A stretch of DNA of 61,015 nucleotides, the filler included, from Gonapodya sp. JEL0774 (lineage: Eukaryota), in the NCBI GenBank assembly GCA_027604505.1. It is 16 parts of 16 records of this genome, joined end to end, with 100 filler letters (N's around TTAATTAATTAA, not from the genome) between each part and the next. Parts side by side here need not be neighbours in the genome. Positions count along the whole stretch, not along the records: positions 11,501 to 15,230 come from JADIIX010001167.1; positions 15,331 to 19,060 come from JADIIX010001168.1; positions 19,161 to 22,888 come from JADIIX010001169.1; positions 22,989 to 26,714 come from JADIIX010001170.1; positions 26,815 to 30,540 come from JADIIX010001171.1; 11 more parts are not named here. The stretch is one strand, 5' to 3'. Numbering within the stretch: the first letter of the stretch is position 1; each line of letters begins with the position of its first letter. The notes under the pieces are model-generated. The model did not search any database. It was not told the DNA's origin and worked only from the letters and a program-made list of their open reading frames with translations. Below, piece by piece: positions 12,822 through 27,367 of this stretch. A program made the translations under genes and the position numbers.

Positions 12822-13191
12822 GAAACCGTGGAGAAAGGAAGAACTCAGATATCAATATGTTTTTTGATTTGAAGTAGTGTTTTGGATCCATAATTTTACT
12901 CGAAGATGTTGTCCTGTACCCCGTTCCCGTACCGTGCATACGAAGTCAATGATTTGACCCGTTTAAAGATCCAGCTAGATACCTCTTCTATTGGAAAATT
13001 AAGCAAAATCCATCAGCCAGCAACAGCTCAGCAAGAAGAGAAGCAAATAAAATGAGAAAAATTATCGAGGGCGGAAGGGCGAATGCAAAGTGTGGCAAAG
13101 CTTCCATTCAAAAGGCTTCCCTCCAACTCTAGTGGCCACCTTTTCGGTTGAATCCTTTCTGCTCTAATTCAGCTCCAAACAAACGCGCATC

Positions 13192-14480
<1,289 letters not shown>

Positions 14481-14502
14481 TGAGTGTTAATTAATACATT
14501 GG

Positions 14503-14659
14503 TCTGGACGATGAAGATATACATTGTGCATTGTCCAATAATCCAATGATGTGGCTTGAGAATCTATTTACCAGCTGGTCCTCTGGACGATGAAGATATA
14601 CATTGTGCATTGTCCAATAATCCAATGATGTGGCTTGAGAATCTATTTACCAGCTGGTC
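14503..14659 (+). repeat. Perfect 78-bp tandem duplication (period 79)
   Basis: TCTGGACGATGAAGATATACATTG...CTATTTACCAGCTGGTC at 14503-14580 and 14582-14659. Confidence 0.95.
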
Positions 14660-14862
14660 ATCGCCGAAACACATCTCAATGGTCGACAACACTTTCTCCC
14701 CAGATCTTCTACGGTACGCCTATCTCGATCTGGCTTGCAATCCCACTCAGATTGGAGAAAATACGTGAAGAGCAGAAGGGGTTGCAGGACAAAGATTCAG
14801 TACGCCCGTATTCAACACATTGGCTGATAAAATATAACATTCGAAAACCATTGATTATGCTG

Positions 14863-15228
14863 CTACTCCAATGCCAACTCCCACGACGATAGTTTCCAGC
14901 ATGGCGCCTTGGACGGCGGCATAGCAGGGCACCCGGCAAGAGAAGTGTCCCCCCACTTGCTAATATCCGTCTGTTCTGTCAAGTGTGGCCCTTTCAGTTC
15001 CTTCCAACGGAAAGACATCTGTAAGCGTGGTGTACGTCTTTTTGTGATAGAGTCGAAATAATTCTTCCCATTTTCATCAGGAATAATGTCTGTTCCGTCA
15101 AAACCCAAAGTTGAGAGTCTGGGAAGTACAGCAACCAGTTGGACCAGAACGATGACTGGACAATCATCGTAACCACAAAACACTAGAACTTCAAGGCTCT
15201 TGCAATATTTTGTTATATCTTCAACCAC
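14863..15228 (-). CDS. RNI-like/LRR protein fragment (possibly F-box-LRR C-terminus)
   Basis: ITKYCKSLEVLVF and LVAVLPRLSTLGF resemble LRR units; open from the contig edge. Confidence 0.4.
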   Translation of the reverse strand: MVEDITKYCKSLEVLVFCGYDDCPVIVLVQLVAVLPRLSTLGFDGTDIIPDENGKNYFDSITKRRTPRLQMSFRWKELKGPHLTEQTDISKWGDTSLAGCPAMPPSKAPCWKLSSWELALE

Positions 15229-15372
15229 CTNNNNNNNNNNNNNNNNNNNNNNNNNNNNNNNNNNNNNNNNNNNNTTAATTAATTAANNNNNNNNNNNNNN
15301 NNNNNNNNNNNNNNNNNNNNNNNNNNNNNNTACATCCATCCTTCTGTCCTACTCGTATGTACTCGAACTCAC

Positions 15373-15803
15373 CAATCTTAGTCAGGAAGCTCAAGTCCTT
15401 GCCAGCGAGGGCCTTGGCGAAGACACGGGGGTAGAACGAGTCGACAGTGACGTTGGCGGCCTCGAGGAGGGTCGAGATGTGCTCGGCCTGGGAAGGAGTG
15501 GCAAGGGGTGTGAGCACGAATTGCATGGGGAAATGCAACGGTCGCACCCAGTCTGCATATGCATCCACAAGCACCCAGAAGGCTCTTCATTTCGATGTTT
15601 GAGAGCGATCACGTGCTCGGTCTCCTCTGACTCCGTGCCTGTGCGAGTGATTGCCCGCTATTTGTCCCGTGCCTCGACCATCCCTCCCCATCCACATTCC
15701 AAAGACGCCACAAACTTACAGTGATCTCCTTAGCAGCATCGTGGAGGATGAGCGCAGCGTAGACCGACGCGGCCTCGGCAGTAGAGAGGGAACCAGCAGC
15801 CAT
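15373..15803 (-). CDS. RPP1: 60S acidic ribosomal protein P1 (exons 1-2; 3'-truncated)
   Basis: MAAGSLSTAEAASVYAALILHDAAKEIT|AEHISTLLEAANVTVDSFYPRVFAKALAGKDL; intron 15488-15719. Confidence 0.92.
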
Positions 15804-16478
15804 TGATTGGGGTTTTTTACTTTTGAGTGAACTTGAAGAAAGTAAGTGCCGTACGCTGACCAGAGAAGCGTCTCTTGTCTTTAACCTCGGTAAGAAGGAG
15901 GGGCGGTACGAGTACTGACTCTGAAGGAAAACTTCTGGACCAGTGGTGTGGGCAGGGGACTGTGTCGGGCAGTGGGATGATTGGACAGAAAATTTCACAC
16001 CAATCAAAATTCTGTATTGTTGGTTGTGCACCCACAGTGAACATTACTGGCGTAACACTTTGCAATGCAGTTACGTAATGAAATGGCTTTGACCGCAAGC
16101 TACCCGTGGCAGCTATTGAATGAATTCGCGGATATCTGGGTTACGGGATTTCGATCCACCATGAAAGAACCGTCAGCTTGTGAGAACACTCGCTACATAC
16201 CTTTTTATTGACGGTCGAAAGCACCATAAATTAATCTTTTGAACGCTTGTGCATCGCGTCAAGCGAATGTGCAAGGAAGTTATACAAGGAAGCACCTGGC
16301 ATTTGCATAATCGAGTATTTTAGGAAGACAAAATTCAAATACCCCGCCTTAAAAAACTCTAACCAAGCAAAATATGGCGATTTGGACGATACAGAAGACT
16401 CCGGTGTTGGCAGTTCTTGGTTTGGCTCCTTGGGTGGCTCGAGCACTTCGCTGCACCAAGGTCTGCAGCACATTCTCG

Positions 16479-18921
16479 ATGGCGCCCGCACGACGAGCGA
16501 CGATTGCACTGAGCGAAGACGATGGATCCGATTTTGATGGTCCCATCGGCCAGAATTCCGTGGGTTTGAACCGAAAATCAGACGATCGGCGTCGTGTCTC
16601 TGAAAGTTCCCGCCTGAATCTAAAATGTGACCACTGGTCTCTTGTCCATCGGCCTTTCGATTATCGGACGATATGAACTCATCTTGGCTAATTCCTCCAT
16701 TGAATTGTATCGTGCTGTACTACCAGCGAGATGCGAATGCTGCGAAGCGAAAGCGGACACCAATCGAGCGGGAGGCGTCCACTGCCAAAGGACGCAAAGC
16801 CCGAGCCCGGGATTCGGACTCAGAAAACATTTCTAGAGGTGAGCTCAGATCGGTCTCTCGGTGGATACCGTCAGAATGTTTTTATAACGACTTTCGATAT
16901 ATCCCTCAAGCAGAACCGCCTCACAAGCGCGCAAAATCCAGCAAAGCCGATACCGCAGAGACGGATGATGAGCTCACATTAAAGCAGAGTACGTCAGTAC
17001 CTGGTACCGTGGAGTCGCACAGCTCTGACCCGTCCTACCATCTGCAATTCCCACCTGGCACAGAACCCGCGTCCAAGAAAACCACCACTAAACCTATCAA
17101 AGGACTTACCACACTCTATAAGACTAGTCCCCGTGATGGAACCCGCCGACGAGCGGTACTCGGTGTCAAAGGGCTCTCGCAAAACGTCGCCCAACCGGTC
17201 ACACCGTCTCGCCCAGTGGCCAAAGCAAAGGCTCCGATCAAGGCAAAGGACGTAGCGGCGTCTTCGTCTTCGGAACATGATGCTGTGGTTCCCGCTGTAG
17301 CCACCAAGAAATCTGGCCGTCCTCCGGCCGCGACTGCGAAAGTGAAACCTGCCACAAAGACCCCTATCAAACGGGAGCCAACTCTGGATCCCCCGTCGGA
17401 GGATGTCGACGCTGAGGACGGAATCACGGCTTCCGAAAAGGTTCCCGTCCCTCGTCGAACTCCCGCTCCCAAGAAGACCTCCCCCACATCAACCGCTATA
17501 TCCGTCGAGGTTGTGAAGGACGGTCAGGCACCACCCGCTCCCACCAAAACACCGAAACCCCCAGCCAATCTTTCGAGCAAGAGCTCCGCCCTATCTTCCG
17601 CCTCTTCTTCCTCAGCACCTCCTGCTCCTACTGAACCTCGCATGGCTCCCGGCCCTGCTGCCAAGAAAAACCCTCCCCCACCAAACAGCACCAATGCCAG
17701 CACGGCACTCGTCCCATCCAAGACAAAGCCTGTTGTTGTTCGAGTGCCTCCCGTTGCACCGATAAAGGATGCGGACGATTCTTTTGACGCGGTTCTAGAA
17801 GGTCTCGTTGGCCCAGATGTCGAGTTCGTCGAGACCGGAGGGAAGAGTGTATCGTGGGACACCGAGGCAGTCAAAAAGGTGCGTGCGTGGTGTCCCGGTG
17901 ACCGTTGATGATTTGTCTTCATTCGAGCACTCTGATAGGCCCGCTCCGATCTCGTAAACTTTCAAAAACTCTACGACACCGTGCGGGACACGGTCGGTCC
18001 GGCAGCCGAAGAAAAATTTGAAAAGCTCAAGCAGAATGGCGAGGAGAGGGAGAAAGGTGTGTTGACCTTACAAACGTCGTCAAGGTGTTGCGCGGCCTCG
18101 GGCGTCTTTTCATTCATACATCTTCTCCACCAGTCCACAAGCAAGAGCTCGAAGCCCTTCGAGAGCGGATCTCACACCTCGAGAGCGGGCTTGCTCGGGC
18201 ACGAACTGAGCGAGGCAACGGTGACGACGATGTTGAAATGGGGGATGTGTCCGGATCCGGTTCGAGTTCGGCCCCGTCGGTCGCCAAGGGAAAGGACAAG
18301 GCGCAGGAGCAAAAAGATCAGGAGGCGAAGATGCGTAAGGAGTTGGAGAAGTTGAGGGCAGAAGGTGAGGGATTAGTCGGGAAATTTAAATGTGCCGTTT
18401 GATCCGCCTGACCCTTTCATCAAAATTTGAAATATGTAGTGTCTTCTATGTCTAATCTTCGTGATCGGCTTTCCGATCTTGAGCGCGTGCGGAGAATGTA
18501 TGAGGACCTCACGGGAGTCAAAGTCACGAGTGTGGAAGTATCCCCAGGAGAAGATGGAGAGGAACAAGACAAGGTCGAGGGATCCGTTACGGAAGATTTT
18601 ATCACTTTCACGTGTGAACAAAAGCTCAAGGGAGGGAGTAAGTGCATCACGGACTTCTTGCAGATGGTTTCGGTAACGGACTCATGTACAATCCATTTTG
18701 CTTACATTAACAAATCAACAGCTCTACACTACGATTTCCACCTTCCACCATCGTCTGATAATGGTGGCGGCCCTCAGCAATATTGGTACATTCCCACTGA
18801 GGAAACGCGGACTGATGCCCAAGCCGGGCGGGTTCCTCCATACACGGGCCAGGAGATGAAGTTCGCCAAATCGAACGGTGGGCGATGGTTTAGGAAGGTA
18901 GTCGAGTTGGGGTGGGCGTAA
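16479..18921 (+). CDS. CSM1: Monopolin subunit Csm1/Pcs1-like protein with long disordered N-terminus
   Basis: Coiled coil AEEKFEKLKQNGEERE; C-terminal RWD-like pattern MYEDLTGV..FTCEQ..LHYDF..YWYIP..VPPYTGQEMKF..WFRKVV matches the Csm1 C-terminal domain. Start codon inferred. Confidence 0.7.
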
Positions 18922-19732
18922 TAAGGACGTGTTTGTAGGGTGGGGACTGACTGCTGAGGGGGCTCTTTTGTTACATAAAGAAGGCGAACGCATTTGCGTT
19001 GGCGTTCGATTCATATCTATTGGGTTACAGTGGCCTTTGTGATGTCTGTTGTACAATTTTNNNNNNNNNNNNNNNNNNNNNNNNNNNNNNNNNNNNNNNN
19101 NNNNTTAATTAATTAANNNNNNNNNNNNNNNNNNNNNNNNNNNNNNNNNNNNNNNNNNNNAAGCTTCAGTCGTGCGCAGCATACCGGATGGCCCGAAATA
19201 GTTTCAAACGGCCGCAATTCATCGCCTTGACCTTCCAGAATTGCAAAGTGATGTAAAAAATGTCTTCGTGTGATAAGCAATATGAAAGACGAATACAATA
19301 GGGACTCATAAATCATAATGAACGCAACAATTAGTCCAGTGATATTACGAACGAATGACAACTCCTCGATCTCGCGACAATTGTCATTTCTTTGCACCCT
19401 TGCGATGCCCGATAACAGTCACACGCAAACTAGGAGATTGTCGCCCTGCAGTGGAAGCATCCTATTCTAACCGTCAGTTGACGTCAAAATACAATCAATT
19501 GTCTACAATTATAACCTACCGACCACCAAGAAGACAGTCCACAGCGACCTGTCTCTCAAAGGGATGGACATCCCACCTCCCATTGCAAATCCCGTGTTTG
19601 CTACCCACTTCAAACAGATGGCCGGAGGTGCCAATTACAAGTAGAGTACGTGAACGGTCATATGGTGTTATGCGAATTTTAATAATAATGCTAAAGATAC
19701 GACTTCCGCAACATCTGTCGTCTCCATATATG

Positions 19733-20647
19733 TTAGTTGGAAATGTAGGGGTTCTTCTTGACCCATTCGGTGGATCCAGATTCCACTTGCTCAAGCAACC
19801 ATTGAGCAATGCTTGACTGGAATACAAAAGATTTCGAGTAATGAAAAGAAAGTTCGACAATGAGACGGGGCGCCTCACATGAATGCGGAGAATGAGTGGT
19901 ACTCACACGAGTGATGCTCGACGAGCTTCCAGGAGCTCCTATAGGACCTGCCACTACCTTAGTTGGAGCAGCTGATCGACAACAAACACTTTCGAAAGCG
20001 CCATTTACAGCTAACTTGGAACAAGACCGAGAACCCACCGTTTGTGAGAATTCCAACACGGAAGACGGTCCAGTCCACGTTCGAGTATGCATCTGTCTCG
20101 TTGAAAACTTTCGCGATCTCGATCATCTCGGCCTTCCCTGTAGGGGTAAGTAGCGTAACCAGGCCAACAAGCAAGTCTGCAGGATATAGCAATGTGATGA
20201 GCCATTTTGATTCATTCAATTCAAGAGTCTGCGCGGGGCTACGTCCTCACTCCGGGAAAGTGAGAAGCTATCAGCGGGATCCAAATACGATATGGTTGAG
20301 AGCGCGTATATCCTTTTAACTCCGGCTGAATTCATCGCAGAGGCGATTGCGGTCTTGTAGTTCGACGAGATGGACCCCACTTTGTGACCTATGACATCCA
20401 CCGGTCCCATACACGAGACGACAATGGAGACAGGGCGCACAGTCATTGCCGACTTCAATTCTTCCACGTTGTCGATGGATCCTTGAACTGGAACGAACGT
20501 CTGAGGGTACGTGGATGTGAGCTCGGAAGGATACTTGCTGACGTTGCGAGAATAGGCGACAACCGTGTGACCTTTGGCGAGGAATGTGTCGATTATGAGA
20601 CGGCCAGTAAGTCCTGTACCGCCGAGGACGAGAACGGTCTTGGGCAT
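19733..20647 (-). CDS. NAD(P)H-binding atypical SDR (flavin reductase/BVR-B-like)
   Basis: VLVLGGTGLTG Rossmann motif, GHTVVAYSRN, AMNSAGVKRIYALST, VDWTVFRVGIL, WVKKNPYIS*; 4 exons. Confidence 0.88.
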
Positions 20648-21184
20648 AGTGCTGGTGATGTCGAAAGTGGTGTGCCAGACAAACAAGGGTGATCGAGATT
20701 TAGATTGTAGCGGTGGTGGACCGCGCTATGTCGCTGTATCAGCAGCACTGTGACTTTTACAAAAGCCACCACGGGTTTATTTCATAATCGATGGGTGACT
20801 TGTGTTTCTGACTCGAGATCAGTTGCGTAGACTGTAAAATAAGCTTCCACTACCGCGGCCGCGGAGTACATAATTACGTTAGAAATGTTCCTTTTTTACA
20901 AAAACAGAAAGACCATTCCATCATTTAGTGCTCTGTTTAGTCGCTCGGTTGCAATGCGTGTTCAAGTTATAAGTTACAATTTGAAGGATCACTCCCGCCC
21001 GCGGCGCCCAAGTGGCGAGAAAAACAAGGGGAACTCCATTCATTAAGATTTATCGAAGACGTAGCAGTGGATATGGTGGCATGATAATAAGATTGATCGT
21101 TTCACTCGTTCTTCGAGTATATCTTTCACTGATCGGGGACCACGGAGGCTCGCCTGCACTCAGCCCATTTACTGACGGGTGTGA

Positions 21185-22888
21185 ATGACCACCTTTGCTC
21201 GCGGGAATGATGCTCGAATCCAAGCCTACGAACTTCACAAACTGGAGACCCACTGGAACTCCAGACAATGTGTGGCAGCTGAGGAATGTCAAGGGTTTGG
21301 CGTGCGTTCTTGTTGCTGGGCATTTCCAGTAGCAAACAACGAGCGCAACCATTCTGATCCATCGGCCGGAATCATCCCCTTCTTGTCGCAGATTTGATCG
21401 CTCTAACATCCGTCGAATACCAAGTGTACGGCGGACCGGCTTGATTTCCAGGCGCCAAGAGCAGTCACAGGATTGCCATTCCCATGAGGAAGAGAGCGTT
21501 GAATTCGCGCAAGAATCGTCGGAGAAAGAGAGCACTCTTCGAGATCTCGGACTTCACACGGATATGTCACGATTGAAACTGGCGGGACTGGAGGGACCAA
21601 GTCCTTTGGGAATATCATCTCGAGCCCATGTATTGGGGATCCAGCTCACTGACTCGGATGGCAACCCCACTATTGTGTCTCCTATTGATATCAATCCCGC
21701 GAAGCGACGGCGCTCTCTGAAGGAGCTTGCTCGTGACAGTTCTCTGGGTCTCAAAGTTCCCACCAATGAAATGAGGGATGTCGAAATCCGAATGATGTCG
21801 ACAGCTCAAATAATCGAATCCGTCAAAGCCAAGATTGCGGAACGCAAAATCTCGGACGAACACTCGAGATGGAGGGTCAAGCGGCCGGCCACGGAGCGCG
21901 AAAAAGAAACACCGTCAGAGAATACCGCGAAGCCAATACCCGAGAGTCAACAGTTCTCCATACACGAAGCAAGTGCCCCTCTGAGTGCAGTGAATGAAAA
22001 CAGTGGTTTTATGCTACGGTTGTTGGGTGCTTCTGGGTCGTCGCACTCTCCCCGATCGGCGACCATCGATGACTCCCGGTCACTGACACACAGCGCTTTC
22101 ACTGACACAAACCACCATGAGAAGATCGATAATGTTTTATCAAGCACTTTGGTGACCTGTCCTGTTCCTTCGGAGGACGAACTGCCAGGTCCAGGATTGC
22201 TTGATGGATATGACGCGGACATTGCGACGTCAATTCCGGATGGTGTATTCAATACTAAACCACAGATCGACACATACGCTCTCAACGACGACGAGAGCGT
22301 AGATGGAGAACATTTTGAAGCATCGCCCAAGACTTATACTGGTCTCAAACGTCCAGAGCAATGCCTCTTGCCATTTTCACAAAGCAAGAATCCCACTCCA
22401 GGGAATATAAGAGATACTGATTGCATGCCGCTGGCGCCAATTAGCGATGGAGATATGGGTGAGATGCAGGCTATCGGCCAGTCGCTGACCGAGTGAGTTT
22501 TGGTTGATCGTTTTGGAGGATCCCCCCATCATCTTAAGAGTATCTATAGCTGGATCAAATCAGTAACAGAATCTCGGCCATTATATTTGTCCCAAGTTGG
22601 CCCATCAACTACGACGAATCTTGATTCCATCGATCCGGGAAAGATCGATATCGCATCCAAAGCGGAAGAAGATGACGAACTCCAGCACATCGCCGAATTA
22701 TTTCGCCCGCTTCCTGTTAATAATCTGCAGGCTGAAGATCCACCGGCCAAGACGAAGAAGAAGGTCTCAGTCGTTCAATGGTTGAGGGATCACGGAGCTG
22801 GGGATATGGTTGCAGAAGACGCACGCCGGGATCAACATGTGTTCATCGGATCGCATAGAGCTCCAACGCCGCGTTTCCCGTCTCGAGC
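21185..22888 (+). CDS. Hypothetical, largely disordered protein (3'-truncated)
   Basis: Long open frames 21441-22496 and ~22560-22888 with plausible splice sites; no recognised domain. Confidence 0.5.
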
Positions 22889-23025
22889 NNNNNNNNNNNN
22901 NNNNNNNNNNNNNNNNNNNNNNNNNNNNNNNNTTAATTAATTAANNNNNNNNNNNNNNNNNNNNNNNNNNNNNNNNNNNNNNNNNNNNTCGCGAACTTAC
23001 CCAACCCACCCTCCGTCTCCCTCAG

Positions 23026-23222
23026 CAGTCGAATCTTGGCCCGCTCCCCCGGCCCCAAAACGCGCCATCGACCCTGTTTTGGCGGCCTCGGTGTTTGATA
23101 AGCTCGGCTATCACGTGGGGACAGAATACCTCCAGCGACAGGATCATGAATGGTTCGGCGCCGTCCGTGGATTCGAATGCGGGATCAAGTGGCTCGTGGG
23201 GGAGCGCATGGGTGTGATATGA
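23026..23222 (+). CDS. Terminal exon of an unidentified gene
   Basis: After a pyrimidine-rich CAG acceptor, the frame reads VESWPAPPAPKRAIDPVLAASVFDKLGYHVG...CGIKWLVGERMGVI*. Confidence 0.3.
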
Positions 23223-23598
23223 CACATGTGAAACGCAGGGAGGGGGGATGCACGACGGAATGAGTAAGCACTTACAAAAAAAAATTTAAAGACGAGGCAA
23301 AAATGGCGCATATAACTCCGTGCAAACATTTTACAGCAATAATAATATCTGTCGGTTTACTCTGTAAAGAAGCCTGAAAGTATATATCAAATTTTTACCG
23401 CGATGATCGGCTGTGCTTGGTAATTGGCGCTTTGCATAATCTTGGGATCACGCTGCCTCACTTTGCCGCCAGTGTCTGTGATGATGTTGCGGGGTAAAAT
23501 TTACTCTATAATGGACATGATACATACCATTGATCCGTTGGATGGCCCAGCAGCACTCGTAATCATTCACGACTTTCATGGTGATCCACGGACTCTCT

Positions 23599-26258
23599 TC
23601 AGCCTACCACCTCTTTCAAGAAAGCTACTTCGTTGGGCTCTCGACCCAGAAAACCCTGTAGCATCGTGTTGGCGTCCTCATTGGCACCTGGACGGAGCAA
23701 CGTGTCGCGATACTTGAGACCGAGTCGTGAATCCAGACACCGGTCGGGGGAAGCGGCGAAGGCGGAAAAAACGTCATGCGAAAAGACCTTTGAGAAGCGA
23801 TCGGGGCAAGAGGCACGGTATGAGTGCTGCACAGCACGACCCCGACAGAGGACTGCTCAGAGCTCACCTCAGCCCAGAGGTAGGAATAGTAACCAGCATC
23901 ATAGCCCATTGCAGGATGGTACCTGTCAAAGCTATACTGAGTACTGTTCATTCTGCCTCTACCCCTTTCTTCAGGGAACCCACCAACTGGCAGCCATCAT
24001 TGTGCCCTCCACAGCCTCAATCCCTGTGCATCCCCTTTGCATTCCAGTGAACATGTCCTCAAACTCCTTGACACTCTTGTCAAGTTCATCCTTGGTATCG
24101 CAGTTCCATGCCCTCCCGTGCACTTCCATATCGAACAAGCTCATGAAGATCTGTCGGGAATAGTGGTACCCTGACAAGACATGCCGTGACGCAACCAAAC
24201 CTGCGACGGTAGCATCCGGCAACGGCTCGCTTGTGACATAGTGTGACGAAAGACGGCGGAGGATGGTGGGGTCCCAGAGCCAGTTCTCGAGCATTTGGGA
24301 TGGACACTCCAAGTAATCGAGTTCAACACCGCCCGGGTAGCTGGGATATTCAATCAACACGGCAATAAATTACGCAGCTGTACAGGCGGCGCCCATGGGC
24401 CCATGCAACGAGGCTATTCATACGCACGGGTTCACGCTCCATGTCCAACTGCCGAGGTAGTGCTCTGATTCTGTCGACACGTGATGCAAGATGTGGCCGA
24501 ACCTACACGTACAGGGCGCGCAGTTTTCGTCAGTAAACCTTGAACGGTGATAAAATCATTTGACTCGAAGTTTCGCGCTCAAGCCACCACACTCTATAAA
24601 CATCCAGCGCTTTCGCCTGTAATATGTATCGGCAGAGCACCAGAACCACTCAGTCTGCAAACACTCACTCGTGAAAGAATGTCCTCACCTCTCCATGTTT
24701 CATCAGGCCCTTAGCTCCTGTCTCCTTGTTGTCTCCCGCCAAGTTGCCCACGTTACACGCAACAGGTCGCGTATCGGACAGCGAGGGCACGAGGGGCACG
24801 ACGCATTGGTGAGCGTACTTGCCGGGCCGCGGTGAGGTGTCAAGGGCGAAACTGTGGTGTTTGGGAATGGAAAAGAACGTGTCTGTTCAAGTTTTTTGAG
24901 GCAAGTATGTGAATGCTCACTAGCCGAGGAGGTCGCCTTCACCCTGGGTATCTGAGAGTGTGCGAGTGTGCACAGAATAATATCGGACGTCACCGTGCCA
25001 GACGAGCGATCGGTCGGGGAGTTGGGTGAATTTGAGGTGAAAGACGTCTTCGTAACTTGTCGTTCAACAAATATCAGTGACGGCACGAGACCAATATGCA
25101 TGCCCGGTCAACTCACATTCCAAGTATGCGTTCGATTACAAGCTCCGTGGGGAAGTACTCCCTCACCGCTTGATCGTCCACATTGTACCTCGCCTTGCGT
25201 AATGCCCTCTCGTAGTAGTTTACATCGTAGACCTCCACCTTGGTCTCCTCTAACGTGGTGCCCAAATCTGCTGCCTTGAGTTCACGAATCGCCTCGAGGT
25301 CCCGGAGAAGCTGCGGCTGTACACCCTTGAGAACGCGACGGAGAAAGGAGAGGACGTTGGTGCTCGTGGAGGCCATACAGGCAGCGAGACGGTAGTCGGC
25401 CCAGGAAGAGTAGCCGAGGAGAGTGGCGGCTTGGTGCCCTACAAATTAGCGAAAAGGCGGGGACCGGTGAATACTAGGTCGCTTTCTACATATATAGAAA
25501 CACACGACCGGCATACTCAGGCTCAGGAGGCGAACAAGGATGGGCACATTGGTCTGTCTACATCGGGAATTGTAAGCGACCGATACAGCTTTCCGAGTGG
25601 CCGGATTCGTTGCGAATTGCATCACAGTGACCACATCTGGCGCCTTCATGCCTACTTTCCTCTTCCGTGCCCCTGTGTCCAGAGGTAGCCCCTGCAACCA
25701 ATCATCCGGTACTCCGGCCAGTTCCGCCTCGGAAAACCATAGCTCAGTTGTGTCTTCGTTGATGTTACGTTGGAATTCGAGCTCCAAAGACGTGATGTCC
25801 TGCTTCATGGCGAGGAATCTTTCGCGCTGTGAGGCCTCGAGACCCATTCCGTTGCGCTCAAACAGTTCCAATGTTTTTCTATACAGCCTTGCCTCATTCA
25901 AAGAAAGTCCTGATGCATCTGATCCTTTCAGCGCCGCGAACACATCAAGTCTGGAGAATGGTTCGGTCCAAACGTTCTGAAGTAATTTTTTAGCTTCACC
26001 AGAGGCCTTTCGAACCTCTGCATCGGCGGAGACCATGGATGGAAAAGTCACCGCGTGCTGAAGTTTTGCAGCCTCATCCTGCGGGGTGTAAAATGCTTTC
26101 AAGAGCGAACTCGCTGTCGGGGAAACAGACGATTGGGATCGCTGAATCTCAATGATCTTTTCACCAGCAGATCGCAGCAGCAATGCTATTTTCGCAGCTC
26201 CACTGGCAATTTCAGTAGGAGAGAGGGAAAGCGCGAACGAAGGCGGAGTGAGTGGCAT
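23599..26258 (-). CDS. PRD1: M3A metallo-oligopeptidase (thimet oligopeptidase/saccharolysin-like)
   Basis: EVRTFFHE|FGHILH zinc motif split by an intron; VELDYLECPSQMLENW, GYDAGYYSYLWAEV, GLKYRDTLLRPG, FLGREPN. Confidence 0.92.
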
Positions 26259-26377
26259 TTTAGTGGGATTTGTGTGTGGATGTGAATGTCACGACCACAG
26301 GTCCCATGATCTCGAACCCTTATGGGCGACAATTTGCACCTTCGAGCTCCCAAACTGAAACGAAGTTACCACAGAAA

Positions 26378-26714
26378 ATGGCTGACACGACTCCCCAACG
26401 GCTCGCCGCCCGGCTGATCGAAGCCGTGGAAGCTGGAAAGGCTGGGAAAGTGCTGGAGGCGTTGCGAGAAGGGGCGTCTCCCAATGCGCGGAAATTGGTG
26501 GCTGTGAGAACAGGTGCCAAGCTTGATTTGTAGGTTGATTGATCACTCAACCGTTGCTTGATTCATTGATTCGTGATTTGGGTGGCGAGTCTGACGATCT
26601 CTGAATCTCACCAATACAACAATCCGAATCGGGTGCCATCCTGGATATTAGGGGCAAGGGGGAAAATGCGCTACTTCTAGCTATTGCATACCGGCGGGCG
26701 AAAATTGTAGCTAT
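26378..26714 (+). CDS. Ankyrin-repeat protein of the same family as 5271-6749 (5' part)
   Basis: RLIEAVEAGKAGKVLEALREGASPNARK aligns to KLIEAVENGQAQRVRQLLEDGANPNARK; followed by GENALLLAI. Confidence 0.75.
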
Positions 26715-26814
26715 NNNNNNNNNNNNNNNNNNNNNNNNNNNNNNNNNNNNNNNNNNNNTTAATTAATTAANNNNNNNNNNNNNNNNNNNNNNNNNNNNNN
26801 NNNNNNNNNNNNNN

Positions 26815-27300
26815 AAATTGTCTGGGAAAAGTGGACTGCTCCGGAACGGAGCGGGGGGTGTTTTAGAGTGGAGGTGGAGACTGGTTTGGGGTACGATCTC
26901 AGAAGCTGAAAATGGGCTCTCTCCGGTCCGGAGAGGACCACTTTTTGGTCCAATATATGTGAACAAAAATATTGCTGAAAAGTACTTGAATGCACTCTCT
27001 GAAAATGGGGCTGCTCCGGAACGGAGCGGGGGCTGTTTTAGAGTGGTGGTTGAGGTTGGTTTGGGGGATGATCTCGGAAGCTGAAAATGGGCTCTCTCCG
27101 GTCCGGAGAGGACCACTTTTTTGGTCCAACATATGTGAACAAAAAAATCCCTCAAAAGTAATTCAATGCACTCTCTGAAAATAGGGCTGCTCCGGAGCGG
27201 AGCGGTGACATTTTATACTGGTTGGAGCAGGTGTACCAGTTTGGTTGTGGGGGATGATCTCAGAAGGTCAAAACAGACCTGCTCTGGACTGGAGAGGGCC
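26815..27300. repeat. Tandem array of ~175-176 bp units (about 2.7 copies visible, runs off contig start), with three inverted repeats per full unit
   Basis: Anchor CTGCTCCGGA at 26836, 27011 and 27187. Hairpins GCTCCG-gaa-CGGAGC, CTCTCCGG-t-CCGGAGAG (26919-26935) and GGACCA-ctttt-TGGTCC. Confidence 0.92.
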
Positions 27301-27367
27301 AATTGCACTTTCCAAGAGCACCTTTTTGAAATACCGGGAACTTGCTTTGATCACAATCATCACTTCA

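Noticed and set aside
15488..15719. Intronic snoRNA in the RPP1 intron
   Set aside because: No convincing box C (RTGATGA) / box D (CTGA) pair or H/ACA structure seen by eye.
26815..27300. CRISPR-like array
   Set aside because: Whole 175-bp units repeat with no unique spacers, there are no cas genes, and the context is eukaryotic.
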